Shown: positions 60,369-64,000 of the stretch, in pieces
How the letters are laid out: every line of letters starts with the position of its first letter
How positions within the stretch are numbered: the stretch's first letter is position 1
Source of the DNA: an uncultured Gammaproteobacteria bacterium
GTDB taxonomy: Bacteria; Patescibacteriota; Patescibacteriia; Magasanikbacterales; GWA2-37-8
DNA length: 64,000 nt
Assembly (NCBI GenBank): GCA_964496095.1
Contig: CAZBWU010000005.1
Coordinates: 19,704 to 83,703, forward strand
Reading direction: 5' to 3'
Translations under genes and position numbers: made by a program
Notes under the pieces: model-generated
Told to the model about the DNA's origin: nothing
Database searches by the model: none
What the model saw: only the letters and a program-made list of their open reading frames with translations

Positions 60369-60707
60369 ATGGAAGCAGATCAACAGTTTGTAGAAACACT
60401 TGTCAGATCAATCGTTAATAATCCTGGAGATGTAAAGACTACTCGCACAATTGACGAAAGAGGAGTTTTGATCACTTTGGATGTGAACCCAGCTGATATG
60501 GGTTATGTCATCGGTCGCCAAGGCCAAACCGCTCGTTCTATTCGCACTTTGCTCAAAATCGTTGGTGCTAAGCACAATGCTCGCGTGAACCTAAAGATTA
60601 ATGAGCCAGTCGGAGGCAGAGCCCCTCGCCCAGTCACTCAAATGGAAAGCCAACCTATGGACAACCAAATGATTGATACAAGCGCTGTGGACAATTTGAA
60701 CATCTAA
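60369..60707 (+). CDS. KH-domain RNA-binding protein (YlqC/UPF0109 family) with a C-terminal extension
   Basis: VIGRQGQTARSIRTL GXXG KH loop. Conserved position after rpsP. Confidence 0.75.
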   Translation: MEADQQFVETLVRSIVNNPGDVKTTRTIDERGVLITLDVNPADMGYVIGRQGQTARSIRTLLKIVGAKHNARVNLKINEPVGGRAPRPVTQMESQPMDNQMIDTSAVDNLNI

Positions 60708-60820
60708 GACAAAAGTTATACTAAAATTAAAGCCACCTGAAAGGGTGGTTTTAAAATCCTTAATCCTTGCCTGCTGATATTATTCGTAGTATATTAGAAG
60801 TCATAAATTAAAGTAATTAT

Positions 60821-61363
60821 ATGGTTTTTAAAATTATAAATAAGCGAGAAATTTTAAAAGGCAAATTCACCAATCTTTGGGAAACAATTTTTTTGGATAA
60901 AGAAGGTAATGAGCAGACTTGGAGATGGCTTGAAAAAAAAGATGTGGTAATGGTATTTGCCATTACTAAAGATAATAATGTAGTTTTAATAAAAAATTTT
61001 CGAGTACCATTAGAAAAATACGTTATTGAGCTACCGGCAGGCCTGTTAGATAAAAAAGGAGAAAATACAGAAGAAGCAATACGCCGAGAGTTGCTTGAAG
61101 AAACAGGTTATGCCGTAGAAGCCTTACACGCACTTCCGCCAGACCCTTTTTCAGCTAGTATAAGTAATAATATACGTCATTGCTATATTGCTACGGGCGC
61201 AATTAAAGCATCTGATGCTCATGGCGATGCAGCAGAAGATATTACTGTCATGGAAGTGCCACCTCATGAACTAGTAGATTTTTATCTTAATGGCACAGAA
61301 TTATTTAATATGCATATTTTAGCCTTATATCAAGTGGCCTTATCAAAGGGGTTAATTAAATAG
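60821..61363 (+). CDS. NUDIX hydrolase (ADP-ribose pyrophosphatase-like)
   Basis: Nudix box GLLDKKGENTEEAIRRELLEETG. Confidence 0.7.
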   Translation: MVFKIINKREILKGKFTNLWETIFLDKEGNEQTWRWLEKKDVVMVFAITKDNNVVLIKNFRVPLEKYVIELPAGLLDKKGENTEEAIRRELLEETGYAVEALHALPPDPFSASISNNIRHCYIATGAIKASDAHGDAAEDITVMEVPPHELVDFYLNGTELFNMHILALYQVALSKGLIK

Positions 61364-61370
61364 AATATTT

Positions 61371-62099
61371 GTGAAATTCAACATCATTACAATTTTCCCG
61401 AAATTTTTTGAAAGTTTTAAAAATGAAGCTTTAATTAATCGCGCGCAAAAAAAACCCGCCCGACCGGACGCCTCCGGTCGTTCGGGCGGGGGATTAATTT
61501 CTATTAATATTCACAATCTGCGAGACTTCGCCGATGATAAGAGGGGAACCGTAGATGATCGGCCGTATGGTGGTGGCGCGGGCATGGTCTTGATGTTTCC
61601 TCCGATTTATAAAGCAGTGAAGTCTATAAAGTCGAAAGTCAAAAGTCAAAAGTCAAAAGTTAAAGTAATTGTTTTTAATCCAAAAGGCAAAAAGTTTACC
61701 CAAGAAATGGCGCGCGAATGGAGTAAGTTAGATCAGCTGGTAATGATCTGTGGTCGCTACGAAGGCATAGACGAGCGTGTCATGACTGAAGTGGCTGATG
61801 AAGAAATCTCTATTGGTGATTATGTTTTGTTTGGTGGGGAAGTGCCAGCTATGGTGGTGATGGAAGCGATTACCAGGCTACTTCCTGGCGCCATTGGCGC
61901 GCAAGAATCTCTCAAAGATGAATCATTTAATGATGCTGGAGAAATGGGTAAAAAACAGCTTACACAATTTCTTGAATATCCACATTATACTAGACCAGAA
62001 ACAGTAGTTGTAAAAAGAAAAAAAATAAATGTGCCTGAAGTTTTGCTTTCCGGTGATCATAAAAAGATAGAGGAGTGGAGAAAAGAGCAGAGTAAATAG
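61371..62099 (+). CDS. trmD: tRNA (guanine37-N1)-methyltransferase with two internal insertions
   Basis: MKFNIITIFP..F N-terminus. DDRPYGGGAGMV SAM-binding loop. CGRYEGIDERV. See the findings for the insertions. Confidence 0.85.
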   Translation: MKFNIITIFPKFFESFKNEALINRAQKKPARPDASGRSGGGLISINIHNLRDFADDKRGTVDDRPYGGGAGMVLMFPPIYKAVKSIKSKVKSQKSKVKVIVFNPKGKKFTQEMAREWSKLDQLVMICGRYEGIDERVMTEVADEEISIGDYVLFGGEVPAMVVMEAITRLLPGAIGAQESLKDESFNDAGEMGKKQLTQFLEYPHYTRPETVVVKRKKINVPEVLLSGDHKKIEEWRKEQSK

Positions 62100-62167
62100 T
62101 CTTTTTGCCTTATTTTTTAGGTATAAAATGGCTAATTTTATCCCCAACTTACGCACAATATAAGCCC

Positions 62168-62196
62168 TTGACATTAATTTTACATAGTGTTAATAT
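62168..62196 (+). promoter_or_regulatory. candidate sigma70-type rRNA promoter
   Basis: TTGACA (62168-62173), a 17-nt spacer, then TAATAT (62191-62196). Lies about 390 nt upstream of the 16S 5' end, followed by leader hairpins including a processing-stem-like TTGTTCATCAGCCC...GGGTGAACAA. Confidence 0.45.
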
Positions 62197-62583
62197 GTAA
62201 AAGCTTAAAAAACTAATAAAACTCCCGCAAAAAAATTTCATTAAAAATTAATATTCTCGGGCAAGTCCGCTGTGGAAACTGTCTGCCTCATTTTGAGGGA
62301 AAGAAAAAAGAGCAATCAAGATTTGATTTCTCTTTTTTCTTTCTAACCTGTCATTAGGTAAGGTCAGGTAATAGATTGAAAAAAGTATTTCGTTCCGCTA
62401 CGGTGGAAAACGAAAAAGTACATTGACAACACAAATGTGACAAAGACCACAAAAAAAGTCTATCCGAAAAAACTCGGGTTATTCCGAGTCTAAATAATAA
62501 ATAAATCCAAAAATGATAACTTGTTCATCAGCCCTTACAGCTTCGGCTGTGTAGGGTGAACAAAAATCAAATCTCTTTTTTTA

Positions 62584-64000
<1,417 letters not shown>

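Overview
The window is AT-rich (roughly 35-40% GC by eye) and densely packed with housekeeping genes. Its gene content looks like a small-genome, host-dependent bacterium. I infer a Patescibacteria/CPR-like lineage from the 16S rRNA at the 3' end, which is divergent and carries a 515F-site mismatch; I could not run a search to confirm this.

Genes I recognise, in order:
- Cell envelope and peptidoglycan: a SEDS protein (FtsW/RodA), a DD-carboxypeptidase, a class B PBP, murF, VanW.
- Translation: L25/Ctc, prmC-prfA-rpmE, rpsB-tsf, an RlmI-like rRNA methyltransferase, aspS, valS, tyrS, argS, rpsP, a KH protein, trmD, tRNA-Leu(GAG).
- Lower glycolysis: gap, pgk, eno, two tandem iPGM paralogs, gpsA, ndk.
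- Chromosome and repair: scpAB, smc, mutM, nrnA.
- Other: clpP, Hsp20, a sensor histidine kinase, bactofilin.

Features the gene list does not explain:
- A family of about 100-nt palindromic MITE-like repeats with termini TGTCATCCCGAG/CTCGGGATGACA, present in seven intergenic copies. Six end 1-40 nt upstream of a start codon (pgk, eno, gpmI, gpsA, clpP, ftsW/rodA) and five of those six share one orientation.
- Two short, strongly GC-rich islands, each encoding one small single-pass membrane protein and ending at a terminator hairpin. A third, moderately GC-enriched gene encodes a Rossmann-fold protein.
- A tRNA-Leu-anchored accessory island. It holds a free-standing LAGLIDADG homing endonuclease gene whose 3' end overlaps the tRNA, a PD-(D/E)xK nuclease plus SF1-helicase fusion (DUF2075-like), and an IS30-family element whose transposase is broken by a 41-bp tandem duplication.
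- Smaller items: tandem iPGM genes, a catalytically degenerate DHH paralog, a GC-rich hairpin and a heptamer microsatellite inside trmD, a NUDIX gene where rimM normally sits, and two further palindromic intergenic elements.

The genetic code appears standard, since TGA ends conserved genes. All coordinates and family assignments come from reading the sequence and motif recall. No database search was run.
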